Assembly (NCBI GenBank): GCA_964502585.1
Contig: CAZCXJ010000002.1
Location: 65,473 to 129,472, forward strand
Direction of reading: 5' to 3'
Length of the DNA stretch: 64,000 bases
From: an uncultured Candidatus Halobonum sp.
GTDB taxonomy: Archaea > Halobacteriota > Halobacteria > Halobacteriales > Haloferacaceae
This document shows positions 38,838 to 49,140 of the stretch, piece after piece (the first letter of the stretch is position 1; each line of letters begins with the position of its first letter). Below the pieces are notes generated by a model, which had not been told where the DNA came from, searched no databases, and saw only the letters and a list, made by a program, of their open reading frames with translations. Position numbers and translations under genes: made by a program.

Positions 38838-39992
38838 CTACCCCGCAGTATATTCGTCAAGCGCCGTTCTGAGCCGATCCCGTTCGTCCTGGGCGGCCGA
38901 CAACTCGGCCGAGACTGCGCCGGAAGCGAGCCGTTCACGTTCCGTCTCAGTAAGTTCCGCCTCCGCCTCAGCGGCCCGCCGGAGTCGGGTGTAGTCTTCC
39001 CGACCGGCCAAGTCCCGAAGCCGCCTCGCGCGGGTGATGACACGACCTCCCGCGAACCGTGCGACGACCGAGACGAGTTCACGGGCACGGTATCTGAGGA
39101 CTTGGCCCGGGGGAGGTGGCCATTCGACCGTCAGCGGTTCGGCGTCCAGACGATCGAGATACGTCCGATGCGTCGCGACGCGGGTTCGGAGTGCGGCCGG
39201 ATTGTCGACGTAATGCTCCAATTTCGACCGGGAGTAGTCCGCGTATTCCAGCAACGTCGAGAGCGGTTTGGCACCTGCGTCGTACTGCTCGACGTACTCA
39301 CGCAGGTCTGGAGGCGGCGGTCGGAAGTCGACCAGTGGGTAGTGATCGGTCGCCTCGATAAACCGGATCACCTCTCGTGCACTAGCCTCCTGTCGATACT
39401 CCTGGAAGGCGTTCCTCACAGCTGTATTATACGCTTCAATTGGTTTCCGTAATTCGCTAGTGGGTGCATCGAGATCGATCGCGTCCAACTTCTCTAGACG
39501 CTGGAGGTCGTCGATGCGGTCGGCGAGCTCCTCGAGTCGTTGGTGGATTCTATACCGGACGTCATCGAACGCGGAGCGGGCGGTCTCCCGGGTCTCGAGC
39601 CGACGGACCAACTCCCGAGCCGGATCGAGTTCCCTTCGTGCTCGCTCGAAGTCGGACTCGCTGAGTCTCCGTTTGTCTATCGCGTCGTTGGCGGCTTCAA
39701 AAGCTTCTCGTGCCGGGAGATCATCCGGTAGCGTCTCGACGTGGGTCCCGAACTTCCCGCGGAACCGCATGAACGACTCGAAGTCCCCTGTACCGGTCGC
39801 AGATGACTCGTACTTGTTGAGAAGCCGTTCTGCTTCTTCGAGCCCCTCATCGAGATGCTGAAGGTCGGATTCACCCACTTCTTCCACGGCTGCCTGCATA
39901 TTCGCGAGCCTCTCGTGTGCTTCCGCCAGTTCCGCGATCAGCGTATCCGCGTCGGGCGCATTACCGCGGCGGTCGATACGCGCGTCTGCCAC
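38838..39992 (-). CDS. hypothetical alpha-helical protein
   Basis: 384 aa acidic, coiled-coil-rich; no catalytic motif recognised. Confidence 0.5.
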   Translation of the reverse strand: MADARIDRRGNAPDADTLIAELAEAHERLANMQAAVEEVGESDLQHLDEGLEEAERLLNKYESSATGTGDFESFMRFRGKFGTHVETLPDDLPAREAFEAANDAIDKRRLSESDFERARRELDPARELVRRLETRETARSAFDDVRYRIHQRLEELADRIDDLQRLEKLDAIDLDAPTSELRKPIEAYNTAVRNAFQEYRQEASAREVIRFIEATDHYPLVDFRPPPPDLREYVEQYDAGAKPLSTLLEYADYSRSKLEHYVDNPAALRTRVATHRTYLDRLDAEPLTVEWPPPPGQVLRYRARELVSVVARFAGGRVITRARRLRDLAGREDYTRLRRAAEAEAELTETERERLASGAVSAELSAAQDERDRLRTALDEYTAG

Positions 39993-39995
39993 GAC

Positions 39996-40367
39996 TCAGC
40001 CGTACACCTCCTCTGGGTCGAACACGGGTTCGTCGACCACCTCGCCATCGATCGTCCGGTGGAAACAGGACCGGTGACCGGTATGACAGGCTCCTCCGTC
40101 CTGTTTAACAAGATACAATACCGCGTCAGCGTCACAATCGACGCGTATCTCAGCGATGTGCTGAACGTGACCGCTAGTAGCCCCCTTTTCCCAAAGTTCC
40201 TCACGCGAGCGGGAGTAGTAATGGGCGCGGCCAGTTTCACGGGTACGGGCCAGCGCTTCCCGTGAAGCGTACGCGAGCATCAACAGTTCGCCCGTATCGA
40301 CGTCCTGCGCGACGGTGGGAACCAACCCGTCGTCGCCGAACCCGACGTCGACGGTGTCGTCGTCCAT
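39996..40367 (-). CDS. hisI: phosphoribosyl-AMP cyclohydrolase
   Basis: GLVPTVAQD...YYSRSR...CHTGHRSCF HisI motifs. Confidence 0.85.
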   Translation of the reverse strand: MDDDTVDVGFGDDGLVPTVAQDVDTGELLMLAYASREALARTRETGRAHYYSRSREELWEKGATSGHVQHIAEIRVDCDADAVLYLVKQDGGACHTGHRSCFHRTIDGEVVDEPVFDPEEVYG

Positions 40368-40632
40368 ACACCACGGCAGGCGTGGTGTCCGGATAGGTCT
40401 TGTGCGTCAGGCCACAGCATCATCCCGATAGGGGTGGCGTAGCTAGCCGGGCCTGGAGTACGGTGGCGTAGACCGGGAATGGAAGGCGTAAAGCGCGCTC
40501 GGGGGAGGATTGGACTGCGGGACGGGATGAGAGATGAACTCGACGGATCGACAATGATCACTCGGGCCAGTATTTCCCCGGAGAGTCTCACGTGAACGGA
40601 GGACAATCACGCCAGAGGGTTGAGTCAAGTAA

Positions 40633-41685
40633 CTACACCAGCCCGGCGGCTGACAGGAGTGCAAACAAAATATCACCGTACGTCAATCCGACCAGAATTC
40701 CGAGAAACAGTGGAACCAGAAACGGGAGGCCGGGAGAGATCCACACTTCATCGGACCGGGTGATCCTCTCCAGCCCGTCACGGAGGGTCCGGGGTGAGGT
40801 CCCGTAGGCGCTCCCCTCGATCTCTCGGAGGAACCGGGCTGCGGCCCACGGGTCGTCATGTTGATCAGATGCGGACGCATCTTCGGGGTCGTCGACAGTG
40901 GCGCCGTTTGTATCCTCCTGAGGGAATCCCGTCGTGTTTCCCTCCGGAGGCTGTGTAATGGCCGACGAACCGCGGGGACTGGTCACGGCGCCGTCTGTCG
41001 AGGGATGCGTCTCCGTCACGCTTTGGGGGTCCCGGTGTTCGGAAGGTGCAGTTCGTAAGTCGGCGAGCGTCGAGCCTCGCCATCGGAGATACATCCGAAG
41101 CGCGTCAAGGTCCAACCCGCGTGAAGGGAAGATTCCCTCCGTCAGGAGTAGGGACCCGTGAGTCTCAGGCAGCTGATCGACGGACACACGCCGCCCTACC
41201 AGCATCGCATTCGAAATCCTGCCGGCAAGGGCGTTCCGGGTTCCGAGCCAGACGATCGCACCCATCCCGATGAGCACAGCGTTCGTCAAAGCAGTCATAG
41301 CCATGACGCGCAGTGTGGTCGGGACGAGTGGCAACGCTACTGACGGAAGGAAGTAGATAGGATAGGTCGGGAAGCAGACGGCGAGCGTCATCAATGCTTT
41401 CGCGTCCGCCCCACCGAAGGCCCCCATCCGATACGCGAGGAAGGCGAAAGGGACCAGGAATCCGATGGCGAAGCCGACACGTATGAGGAGGAGTCGACCG
41501 TCCAATCCCGCGAGCGGAAGCGTGTTCCACACCTCCCATACGAGTGCGATGACCCCGATCGCAACCAACGGTGGCCACAAGCGGTTCGGAACCCGGCGTG
41601 TCCGAACGTCTCGGTAGGCCGCCCAGGCAAACCCGGGGACGACCAGCAACCTGAGGAGGTCGGGGGCGGTCCCGAGCGCTACCAT
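40633..41685 (-). CDS. A24-family prepilin/preflagellin peptidase (PibD/FlaK-like) with large acidic cytoplasmic insert
   Basis: Catalytic Asp motifs (YRDVRTRRVPN; GGADAKAL), polytopic TM topology; ~150-aa hydrophilic acidic insert between TM blocks. Confidence 0.7.
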   Translation of the reverse strand: MVALGTAPDLLRLLVVPGFAWAAYRDVRTRRVPNRLWPPLVAIGVIALVWEVWNTLPLAGLDGRLLLIRVGFAIGFLVPFAFLAYRMGAFGGADAKALMTLAVCFPTYPIYFLPSVALPLVPTTLRVMAMTALTNAVLIGMGAIVWLGTRNALAGRISNAMLVGRRVSVDQLPETHGSLLLTEGIFPSRGLDLDALRMYLRWRGSTLADLRTAPSEHRDPQSVTETHPSTDGAVTSPRGSSAITQPPEGNTTGFPQEDTNGATVDDPEDASASDQHDDPWAAARFLREIEGSAYGTSPRTLRDGLERITRSDEVWISPGLPFLVPLFLGILVGLTYGDILFALLSAAGLV

Positions 41686-41848
41686 CGATCTGTACTGGCG
41701 TTTCGACGCGTGTAAGCGGTTCGGGACGTCATGCGGGCGCTACCGTCCCATGTTCCGTTCAAGATACAGGTACCACTGCTACCCCGGGGTGCGACCTCCG
41801 TCCGAATCGGAGGACAATTATCACTCGAGTATCCGGAAATCTGGCGAA

Positions 41849-42550
41849 CTAACACTCTTTAAAACTGGAGTCAGTAATGTGCTCAACCGTCCGATCGTCA
41901 TTCGCGAACTCGCTTATCAACGCCTGAGCGATGCAATCGGGAGCGGAAGGGCCGCCCACGTCCGAAACAGTCGTCACCGTGTCGGGATCGAAGGGTACTC
42001 CCAGCGCGTCGTAGACGGGATCGAGGACTTTCCGGACGGCTACCGATTCGCAGACCATCACGCAACCCGCTACGAGGGCCGCCTCGGATCGGATTCGCTG
42101 TGCGATCCCGGCGAGTTTTCCCCCGTCTGACACGCGGACGGAGTGTTGGCCGGGGCAGTAGGAATCCGGAGGTTCACCGGGCTCCGCGTCGACACCGAGT
42201 CCCCGGAGCGCAGTAACGACGGTATCACGCGCGGTCACGTATCGAGCATCCAGGTTCGATCGGATGTCCGAGACGGGAACGACGTGCGCGAACGCAATCG
42301 TCGACCCGGTGTATGCGACCGCTCGCCCGCCGACCGACCGCTCGGTCGGGGGGAAGCCCCTGTCAGCCGCGGCCCGACGGGCACGGTCGTACCCGGGAGC
42401 GTTGGTATCCCGGCGCCCAAACGTGACTTGCCGGGCCGGGGTCCAGACACGGAGTGCGGGTCGTTGGTCGGCAGCCACCTGGTCGAGAATTAGCTGCGTG
42501 GCACGCCGGTCTGCCGTCCTGTTAGGAAGTCGTCCCCGGATGACACGCAT
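41849..42550 (-). CDS. lipoate/biotin protein ligase family (BPL/LPL catalytic domain) protein
   Basis: LplA/LipB-like catalytic domain pattern (RRDTNAPG...GGRAVAYTG...GKLAGIAQR). Confidence 0.6.
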   Translation of the reverse strand: MRVIRGRLPNRTADRRATQLILDQVAADQRPALRVWTPARQVTFGRRDTNAPGYDRARRAAADRGFPPTERSVGGRAVAYTGSTIAFAHVVPVSDIRSNLDARYVTARDTVVTALRGLGVDAEPGEPPDSYCPGQHSVRVSDGGKLAGIAQRIRSEAALVAGCVMVCESVAVRKVLDPVYDALGVPFDPDTVTTVSDVGGPSAPDCIAQALISEFANDDRTVEHITDSSFKEC

Positions 42551-42602
42551 ACTCCACCGTTGTAAACGGGGGGCCTAAGCGGTTGCGTCACGCACGGAAA
42601 AC

Positions 42603-43586
42603 ATGGACGAGCTGTCGGACTCGCAAGGGACGACCGAGAACAGGGCGGAGTCCAGAAGACTCTCGACTGGGTCGGAATGTGCGGTCGGACTGAAATCGTC
42701 ACTCATCGGCCAGTATCGGCGATTCTCGTTGTACAACTCTCCATACGTTGCTCATGACCACGGTCGCGGAATTGACCTCTATCCCCAGACGAATATCGGC
42801 GTCTCGCCGGTGGCGGGGACCGTCCGGGATGTCCGCTCGGTAGGGTGTCCGGACAGGAGTTACGCCGTCAGCCGCGATTACCTGATCGTGATAGATCTCG
42901 ACCCGCGTGAATCAGGGATTCGTCTTCCCTCGACGCTCAGCGGGGACGATCTTATCGCACGCGTGCTTCACGTCAGGCCCGCCGTAGAGACCGGAACGAC
43001 AGTCGTTCCGGGAGATCCTCTGGGAGAGATGGTCCGATCGGGCTTTTTCGGACAGTGGGTTGACAACCACGTCCACCTCGAGTTTCGCCGAGGGACCCGC
43101 AACCCATATCGTGCGGCGGGGTCGCTTCCACTCGTCACCGAAGTTCCGGTATCCGGGATCGAATGGGATGGGACAGGGAGGATTATAGAGACCGGACCGT
43201 CATCGATCGTGCTCGATTCACCCGCCCATCCGAACCCCGGGACATACGTGGCACTCGGTAGCGACGGGGGTCTCCCACTGGACGGTGGCCTGGCGCACTA
43301 CCAAGGCGGCGGGACGCTCGCCTGTGACGAGCTGGCGGAGCTACCCGGCACGGACGAGGTAAGGCTTCTTGGAAAACGGGTCGGCCGCCGGGAGGGGCGC
43401 GATATTTCCTGGGCGGACGTGGATGTGCTCGTCGGCGAGAAACGTGCGAGCGGTCTCTCAATGTTTGCTTCCCGAGAACCCGGGGCCGGGGCGAAGCTTG
43501 TGTTCCATAACGGACACGACTTCAACTTGGGCAAGCGAGTTACGGTTGAGATCACCCGAAGTCAAAACCCGATTCGGCTGGGATAA
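42603..43586 (+). CDS. hypothetical protein with M23-peptidase-like motifs
   Basis: HDHGRGIDLY...SPVAGTV...NHVHLEF resembles the HxxxD / HxH LytM-fold; no signal peptide. Confidence 0.45.
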   Translation: MDELSDSQGTTENRAESRRLSTGSECAVGLKSSLIGQYRRFSLYNSPYVAHDHGRGIDLYPQTNIGVSPVAGTVRDVRSVGCPDRSYAVSRDYLIVIDLDPRESGIRLPSTLSGDDLIARVLHVRPAVETGTTVVPGDPLGEMVRSGFFGQWVDNHVHLEFRRGTRNPYRAAGSLPLVTEVPVSGIEWDGTGRIIETGPSSIVLDSPAHPNPGTYVALGSDGGLPLDGGLAHYQGGGTLACDELAELPGTDEVRLLGKRVGRREGRDISWADVDVLVGEKRASGLSMFASREPGAGAKLVFHNGHDFNLGKRVTVEITRSQNPIRLG

Positions 43587-43600
43587 TCCACCGCATCGGG

Positions 43601-44053
43601 TCATCCTGTCTCGTTTTCCCACTCGTCCCGGAGCCGTTGGTAATCGGGATCCTCGCGAACCAGGTCGAGATACTGTCTGTACACCTGTGAGATCTCATGC
43701 TTTTCCTCGTCGTACCATTGCTCAGGCTCCCTCGGGGTTCCGTCGTCGTCGTATTTTCTCCCTCCTGGGTACTTGGCGTACCGGAGGCTTCGTGTCCACC
43801 CCATCCGGAGGTACTTCCGAGCCATGTCGGCGCCGACGAACTCTCCCGCTTCCAGGTACGTCACGTACTGTTGATAGATAGCCTGGGCAGCTTCCTCTGC
43901 TTCCTCGAGACTCGTGATCGACCAGAGAGGGAGGAGTTCATCCTTGTACGGCTGGATTTTAAACACGCCCTGCTCGCCGCGGCCAATCTCGTAGGCTGCC
44001 GGATTCTCACGGAAGTCGACGTCGTATTCTACGTCGTTATCTTCGGTGGTCAT
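43601..44053 (-). CDS. hypothetical protein
   Basis: 150 aa acidic ORF, W/Y-rich; no known motif recognised. Confidence 0.5.
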   Translation of the reverse strand: MTTEDNDVEYDVDFRENPAAYEIGRGEQGVFKIQPYKDELLPLWSITSLEEAEEAAQAIYQQYVTYLEAGEFVGADMARKYLRMGWTRSLRYAKYPGGRKYDDDGTPREPEQWYDEEKHEISQVYRQYLDLVREDPDYQRLRDEWENETG

Positions 44054-44142
44054 CAGTCAGGAGCGGGTACGATACTCACACAGAAACGTTCAGCGAGAAA
44101 CCTTCGACGGTCTTTTGCCCCGGCGAGGCGAGCTTTCTGCTA

Positions 44143-44703
44143 ATGGCTGAATTCAAGGTCGTCGTTGGGGACCCTAACGGCGAGACTGAGCAATTCGAAG
44201 TTGACGGACAGGCTGCGAACCGCTTCCTAGGACGGGAACTCGGCGACGAGGTAGACGGTGGTGCCGTCGGGCTCGACGGCTTCACGTTGGAGTTAACCGG
44301 CGGCTCGGATACGGCCGGGAGACCGATGCGTGAGGACGTTGCCGGGTCGGATTTGAAGGAGCTGCTCCTCGAGGGAGGGGTTGGATATCAGCCGTCCCGG
44401 GAGGGAGAACGGAAACGGGTCACCGTCCGCGGGCGAGAAATCAGTGAAGAAACCGCCCAGGTAAACGCGCAGGTTGTCGATGGAACCGTCGACGGGGAAC
44501 CGCTCGATGACGACTCAGGGGCCGAGACGGACGAAACGGATGATATGGAGGATGCCGACACTGAAGAAACGGAACCCGAAAACGACGACGAAGCCAGGGG
44601 GCAAGACCCAGAGGTGGACGAAGTGTCCGAGACCGAGGGCACGGGAGTCACGGAGGGCGCCGAAGAGGAAGGGGACGAAGAGGACGAGACCGATGAAGAG
44701 TAA
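44143..44703 (+). CDS. rps6e: 30S ribosomal protein S6e with ~65-aa poly-acidic C-terminal tail
   Basis: N-terminal 120 aa match S6e ([11 protein letters not shown]...[18 protein letters not shown]...); tail is D/E/T-rich. Confidence 0.85.
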   Translation: MAEFKVVVGDPNGETEQFEVDGQAANRFLGRELGDEVDGGAVGLDGFTLELTGGSDTAGRPMREDVAGSDLKELLLEGGVGYQPSREGERKRVTVRGREISEETAQVNAQVVDGTVDGEPLDDDSGAETDETDDMEDADTEETEPENDDEARGQDPEVDEVSETEGTGVTEGAEEEGDEEDETDEE

Positions 44704-45131
44704 TGCCAGATCGTATCGCAAGTGACACCTCGGCAGTATCAACGTATCGAGCCCGGGTAACTCGGTACGGCGGTACACGGGTGAGATGCCTTCGAGTCCA
44801 CGAGCGAATAGGTCTGGAAGAAGGTGAAACGATCAGGCTGGTGTTGGGAGGTGATTCTCGGTTCGCACCAGTCGAGATAGACAGCCGCTCGCTATTGATT
44901 CGAGGGGCGTTCGACGACCGGCAACTGGCGCGGTCTCGGGAGGGGAAAAACAGACTGCACGAGTGGTTCGCGACTCGTGAGGTGAACCGCGGGGCGACGG
45001 TCGAATTCGACGAAGTCAGCCAGGGTCAGGTGTACGGACTCCGGGAACCTGGCGAGCGAATCCTTTACGAGATCCCTCGTCGAGCGGACGAGTCGCTCCG
45101 CAACATCGCCGAGTCGATCACCGACGGGTAG
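44703..45131 (+). CDS. hypothetical protein translationally coupled to rps6e (TAATG overlap)
   Basis: 142 aa; start overlaps S6e stop by 1 nt. Confidence 0.5.
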   Translation: MPDRIASDTSAVSTYRARVTRYGGTRVRCLRVHERIGLEEGETIRLVLGGDSRFAPVEIDSRSLLIRGAFDDRQLARSREGKNRLHEWFATREVNRGATVEFDEVSQGQVYGLREPGERILYEIPRRADESLRNIAESITDG

Positions 45132-45161
45132 TCTTTTAACCCCGAGTCCGCCACCGGTAGT

Positions 45162-45635
45162 ATGAGCGAACTCGACGAGTTTCTGGCTGGTAAGCGGCTC
45201 GATGACGTGGCGATCTACGTATCCGGCGACTACCTGGACGCGAACGGTCGACTTGCGGAACTGGGTGAACAGATCGATGACGGGGTAGTTCTCGTGGTAC
45301 CAGGTGAGCAAGGGAGACGTGCGTTCGCTGCCGGCGTCGGCATGGAGGCAATGGAATTCGCACAGGGAGCGATGGGGCGAGAGGGCCAGATCGGCTCTCA
45401 CCTCGCTACCGGCAGGTGTCCGGCCGGTGAGAACGATGACGACGAACACCGGATTAAGTTCACGTTCGCATTCGCCGAAGGCCACAATGAGGCGGTAGGG
45501 GGATTGTACGCCAAAGGAGACGTCCTCCACGCGTACGCACGTTGCTCATGTGGCGAGGACTACTCCGACAAGTGGGTCATTGAGGGACCGTCAGGGGGCA
45601 ACATGGGGAGTTCGGACAGCCGGACGCTCGAATAG
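45162..45635 (+). CDS. hypothetical protein
   Basis: 157 aa acidic; C-x-C (CSCGEDY) near C-terminus. Confidence 0.5.
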   Translation: MSELDEFLAGKRLDDVAIYVSGDYLDANGRLAELGEQIDDGVVLVVPGEQGRRAFAAGVGMEAMEFAQGAMGREGQIGSHLATGRCPAGENDDDEHRIKFTFAFAEGHNEAVGGLYAKGDVLHAYARCSCGEDYSDKWVIEGPSGGNMGSSDSRTLE

Positions 45636-45738
45636 AATCCTGTTTCTCCCGAGACAGAGAGAAGCAAGGGCGATACGACTGATAAGAACTCCTCACTAGT
45701 TCAAGCGCTGACGCGTTTCTGTCACTGGTCAGGCTCAA

Positions 45739-46872
45739 TCAAAGAGATCCGTTTTCCGATTCGTCCGTATCGACGAGCATATCCACGGAGTCGAGACCAA
45801 GCAACTCACGATCCGCCGAATCAAACTCGAGTGAGTCTAACCCTTGTGCCTTGGTGGCGACGTCGCTTCCTGTCAGTCGACGACCGTACCGGCCGAGGGT
45901 CGACGTGAGTTCCTGGGGGAGAACGAACGTGGAAGAGTCGCCTTGGCCGACGGCGTCGATCGTCTCCATCCCGCGGTCAATGATCGCTCGCTCGCCCATC
46001 GAATCGGCGGCACGTGCCCGAAGGACCGTCGCGATCGCGTCGCCTTGCGCCTCCAGCACAGATGCCTGCTTGTTCCCCTCGGCGGAAAGGACAGCTGCCA
46101 TTTGGTCCCCCTCCGCCCGTGTAACGGCCGCTCGCTTGCGACCCTCGGCTTCGAGAATCATCGCTCGGCGGCGACGTTCCGCTGAGGTTTGCTCCTCCAT
46201 CGCGTCGCGAACCGTTGGGGTCGGAAGGACCTCCCTGACCTCAACCATCTCCACCTCGACGCCCCATCGATCGGTGGGGCCTTGGAGTTCCTCCTGAATG
46301 CGGCGGTTGATCTCCTCCCGCTGGCGTAACGTTTCGTCCAGCTCCATGTCTCCGATCACGGCTCGAAGCGTGGTCTGAGCCAATGACGATGTCGCCCGTC
46401 GGTAGTCGTCCACTTGAAGAAACGTTCGTTCCGCGTCGACTACTCGCACGTAGACTACGGCGTCCGCCGTCACGGGCGAGTTGTCAGCCGTAATCGCTTC
46501 CTGTCGTGGGACATCGATCGCCTCCGTTCGGAGGTCGAAGACGTAGGTCGACGAAATGAACGGCGGAATGAATCGGAGCCCGGGATTGAGGAGACCCCTG
46601 AATCCCCCGAGGACCGTCACCGCCCGCCGCTCATAGGCTTGGACGATCTCGACGGAACTGATCAGCGTCGCGAGCAGAACGACCGACAGGAATACGACGA
46701 TCCCGGCCAGCGGATCTAAGAAGGCCAGCCCCAGGATCAGGAAGAGGAGGAGGACCGTCCGGGTTGGGTCAATCCCGCGGCTCGACCCACTATCCGATGA
46801 GGACCTGCCTGGGAGCAGGCTGGCACTGGTCCGGCCCAGCCGATTGACCGCCTCCCAGACACCGCCGACCAT
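45739..46872 (-). CDS. SPFH/band-7 (stomatin/prohibitin-like) membrane protein
   Basis: N-terminal TM, SPFH core, C-terminal coiled-coil with repeated AEG-/VLEAQG-like segments. Confidence 0.8.
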   Translation of the reverse strand: MVGGVWEAVNRLGRTSASLLPGRSSSDSGSSRGIDPTRTVLLLFLILGLAFLDPLAGIVVFLSVVLLATLISSVEIVQAYERRAVTVLGGFRGLLNPGLRFIPPFISSTYVFDLRTEAIDVPRQEAITADNSPVTADAVVYVRVVDAERTFLQVDDYRRATSSLAQTTLRAVIGDMELDETLRQREEINRRIQEELQGPTDRWGVEVEMVEVREVLPTPTVRDAMEEQTSAERRRRAMILEAEGRKRAAVTRAEGDQMAAVLSAEGNKQASVLEAQGDAIATVLRARAADSMGERAIIDRGMETIDAVGQGDSSTFVLPQELTSTLGRYGRRLTGSDVATKAQGLDSLEFDSADRELLGLDSVDMLVDTDESENGSL

Positions 46873-46922
46873 GCGCGATATCGGACCCCGTCACACTTGG
46901 GGGTTTCGCGCATGTTACCGCG

Positions 46923-47720
46923 TCAATAGCCGCCACCGTCATCGCCCGGACCGCCTGGAGTGGGGGTCTCGGTGGATCCTCCCTTACGAGAGCCATCCTC
47001 GGTAGTTGCTGCGCTGTCTGTCCGTTCGCCCTCTCCAGAACCGTCCCGCGCCGTTTCAGTGCTCGTTTGGTCACGACCGGCGTCAGCGTCGTCCCCTTGG
47101 CGGGAGTCTTCACTGTCGTCGCCTCCTGGAGGACCACGGTCCGCCGTTTCGTTTTCGGCCCGAGCCGGCGGGCCGCCGAGTTCACTCCCGACTCCTTCGC
47201 CTGCGATTTCGCGGGCGATAGCAGCCGTATCACCCCCACTCAGGTCTGCAGCGTTCGTCCGAAGCCGCTCGATCGCAGAGACGTTGATCCCCCGGTCACG
47301 CAACACTTCAGTTGGGAGGCCGCGAGCAACCGTCGCCGTGCGGTTTGCTCGACGTTCGAGAGCACGGGATTCCGCTGCGAGTTCGGCCATCTGTGCCCGA
47401 TACGCACCTTCCGAGACCGACCCGTTGGCGCGGGCCGCACGGAGCCGTTCCTCCCGTCGTTCGAGTCTGTCAAGCTTTTCCGAGAGTCGCTCCTGTTCGG
47501 TCGCAATCACAGCGGCTTTCGAGGTGTTCGAGTCCGCGCGCGATAACCGCTCGTCGAGCGCTCGATCGGCAACTTCCCCTTCGACTTCGGCACCCTGAAC
47601 GCCAACAACACCGGCGAATTTAGCCCCCGGAGCTGTCGGCTCTTCCTGCGCTATGGCGGTCACAGAAACCCCACTGACGACCAAGAGTGCCGCGAGAGTC
47701 ACCACAGTGAACCATCGCAT
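46923..47720 (-). CDS. secreted/anchored coiled-coil protein, unknown function
   Basis: Signal peptide MRWFTVVTLAALLVVSGVSVTAIAQ, long helical heptad-like region, acidic low-complexity C-terminus. Confidence 0.55.
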   Translation of the reverse strand: MRWFTVVTLAALLVVSGVSVTAIAQEEPTAPGAKFAGVVGVQGAEVEGEVADRALDERLSRADSNTSKAAVIATEQERLSEKLDRLERREERLRAARANGSVSEGAYRAQMAELAAESRALERRANRTATVARGLPTEVLRDRGINVSAIERLRTNAADLSGGDTAAIAREIAGEGVGSELGGPPARAENETADRGPPGGDDSEDSRQGDDADAGRDQTSTETARDGSGEGERTDSAATTEDGSRKGGSTETPTPGGPGDDGGGY

Positions 47721-47841
47721 ATCCGGATCAACGGTGCCCGCTCACAAATACTGCTCACTTCGCTTTCTCGGATTCACCCGGATTAAACCGTCTTAATCGG
47801 AGCGTCCACATAGATCGGCGATATCGTGCGGTAGAGAACGA

Positions 47842-49035
47842 TTACCGGGTAATCCCATCAGAACCATCAGCCGAGTCCGACTCCGGGCCTCCTTCCGGCT
47901 GGAGGTCGTCGTCTTCGCTGGGGAGACGGAGCACGTTCTCACGACCGAGCCGGAAGCTCTCGAGCTTCCCTTCGTCACGGAGATCTCCGACGACTTGACT
48001 TGTCCGTGCAGCACTCCACCCGAACTCTTCTGTCACTTCAGCTTGTTTCATCCGGCCGCCGTTCTCCCGAACCAGCCGGAGAACCCGCTCTTGAGGGCTC
48101 AACAAGTCCTCAGGCGGAGCCTCGTCTCCCGTCCCGGATTCCTGAGCATCACTGCGGGACTGTCCAGACGTGGAACTGCTCTCCTCGTCTCCTGGGGACC
48201 CGGGTGCGAGACCTCGTCGGATACGTCCCCGGAACCGATAGAGAACGGCCCCAAGCACGGCCAATATTAACAACCCCGCCACCAGTCGGGCGGGACGAAT
48301 CGAAAAGGCTCCGGCGGAGGTGAGTACCACACGGGGCTGGTTAGGACCGAAGTCGCGTTCGCCGTTCCATCGAACCGAGTTCTCGGTCGGGCGTGAATCG
48401 GGCATCGGCGCGATGTCGTCGGGTTCGTAACCTGGCGGCCAGGCGATCTCGAGGGTCGTATTCGCATTGAGGAAAAATCCCTCAATAGCGTCCCCGACGA
48501 CGAGCCGATCGCTTTCCGTCCTCGCAAAATTCGTCCACTTGAACGAGTAGACGACGAACCCGATACTCGGATCGGCCAGCTCTTGCACCCGTGTTGTCAC
48601 GCTAACGTTTTCGACCGCCATCTCTCGTCCAGTCGCGTTCTCGGCCGTACCAACGGTCGCGGTGATCCGGCGCTCGAACGTCGAGGCGTACTGACTCTCG
48701 TTGTTCTCGATGTCCTGTTGAAGCGACCGAAAGGCCTCGGTGGTGTTTTCATCGGTCAGTCGGATGCGATACTCGACGGTCCAACGAGCGTCCCCGTTTT
48801 CACTCACGTTTGCCCGGAGGACGACGCCATCCGACTCCACGTTGCCCGTCTGGAGTCGTGGTCCCCCGAATTGGGCGTTCGTGGAGGTGCTCTGTGCACT
48901 CGTCGACTGTGAGCCGTCCCCAGACAGACTGGCCGAAACCAACCCGGGGGTAACGAGTGATCCCACCACGACAACGAGAAACAGCGCCATCACGAGCCCC
49001 CCCTGGAGTCCCCGTCGCATACCACAGGCTCTCAC
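47842..49035 (-). CDS. bitopic membrane protein: N-glycosylation-sequon-rich extracellular domain plus cytoplasmic winged-HTH
   Basis: N-terminal TM, ~200-aa domain with at least 6 N-x-S/T sequons, second TM, then a wHTH-like segment (LSPQERVLRLVRENGGRMKQAEVTEEFGWSAARTSQVVGDLRDEGKLESFRLGRE). Confidence 0.6.
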   Translation of the reverse strand: MRACGMRRGLQGGLVMALFLVVVVGSLVTPGLVSASLSGDGSQSTSAQSTSTNAQFGGPRLQTGNVESDGVVLRANVSENGDARWTVEYRIRLTDENTTEAFRSLQQDIENNESQYASTFERRITATVGTAENATGREMAVENVSVTTRVQELADPSIGFVVYSFKWTNFARTESDRLVVGDAIEGFFLNANTTLEIAWPPGYEPDDIAPMPDSRPTENSVRWNGERDFGPNQPRVVLTSAGAFSIRPARLVAGLLILAVLGAVLYRFRGRIRRGLAPGSPGDEESSSTSGQSRSDAQESGTGDEAPPEDLLSPQERVLRLVRENGGRMKQAEVTEEFGWSAARTSQVVGDLRDEGKLESFRLGRENVLRLPSEDDDLQPEGGPESDSADGSDGITR

Positions 49036-49140
49036 GGCCGGAGGTCAAAACGGTTGGCCTTCATGCGAGAGGCGGGGGTCCCCCCGGTCGGGCGAAGCGA
49101 GTAATGATGCTTTATATTCGACCCTCCTCCACTCACGACC

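Noticed and set aside
40368-40632. Possible tRNA in the hisI-pibD gap suggested by GGGGTGGCGTAGCTAGCC
   Set aside because: No T-arm (GTTCRANYC) or acceptor complementarity on either strand. Treated as direct-repeat motif instead.
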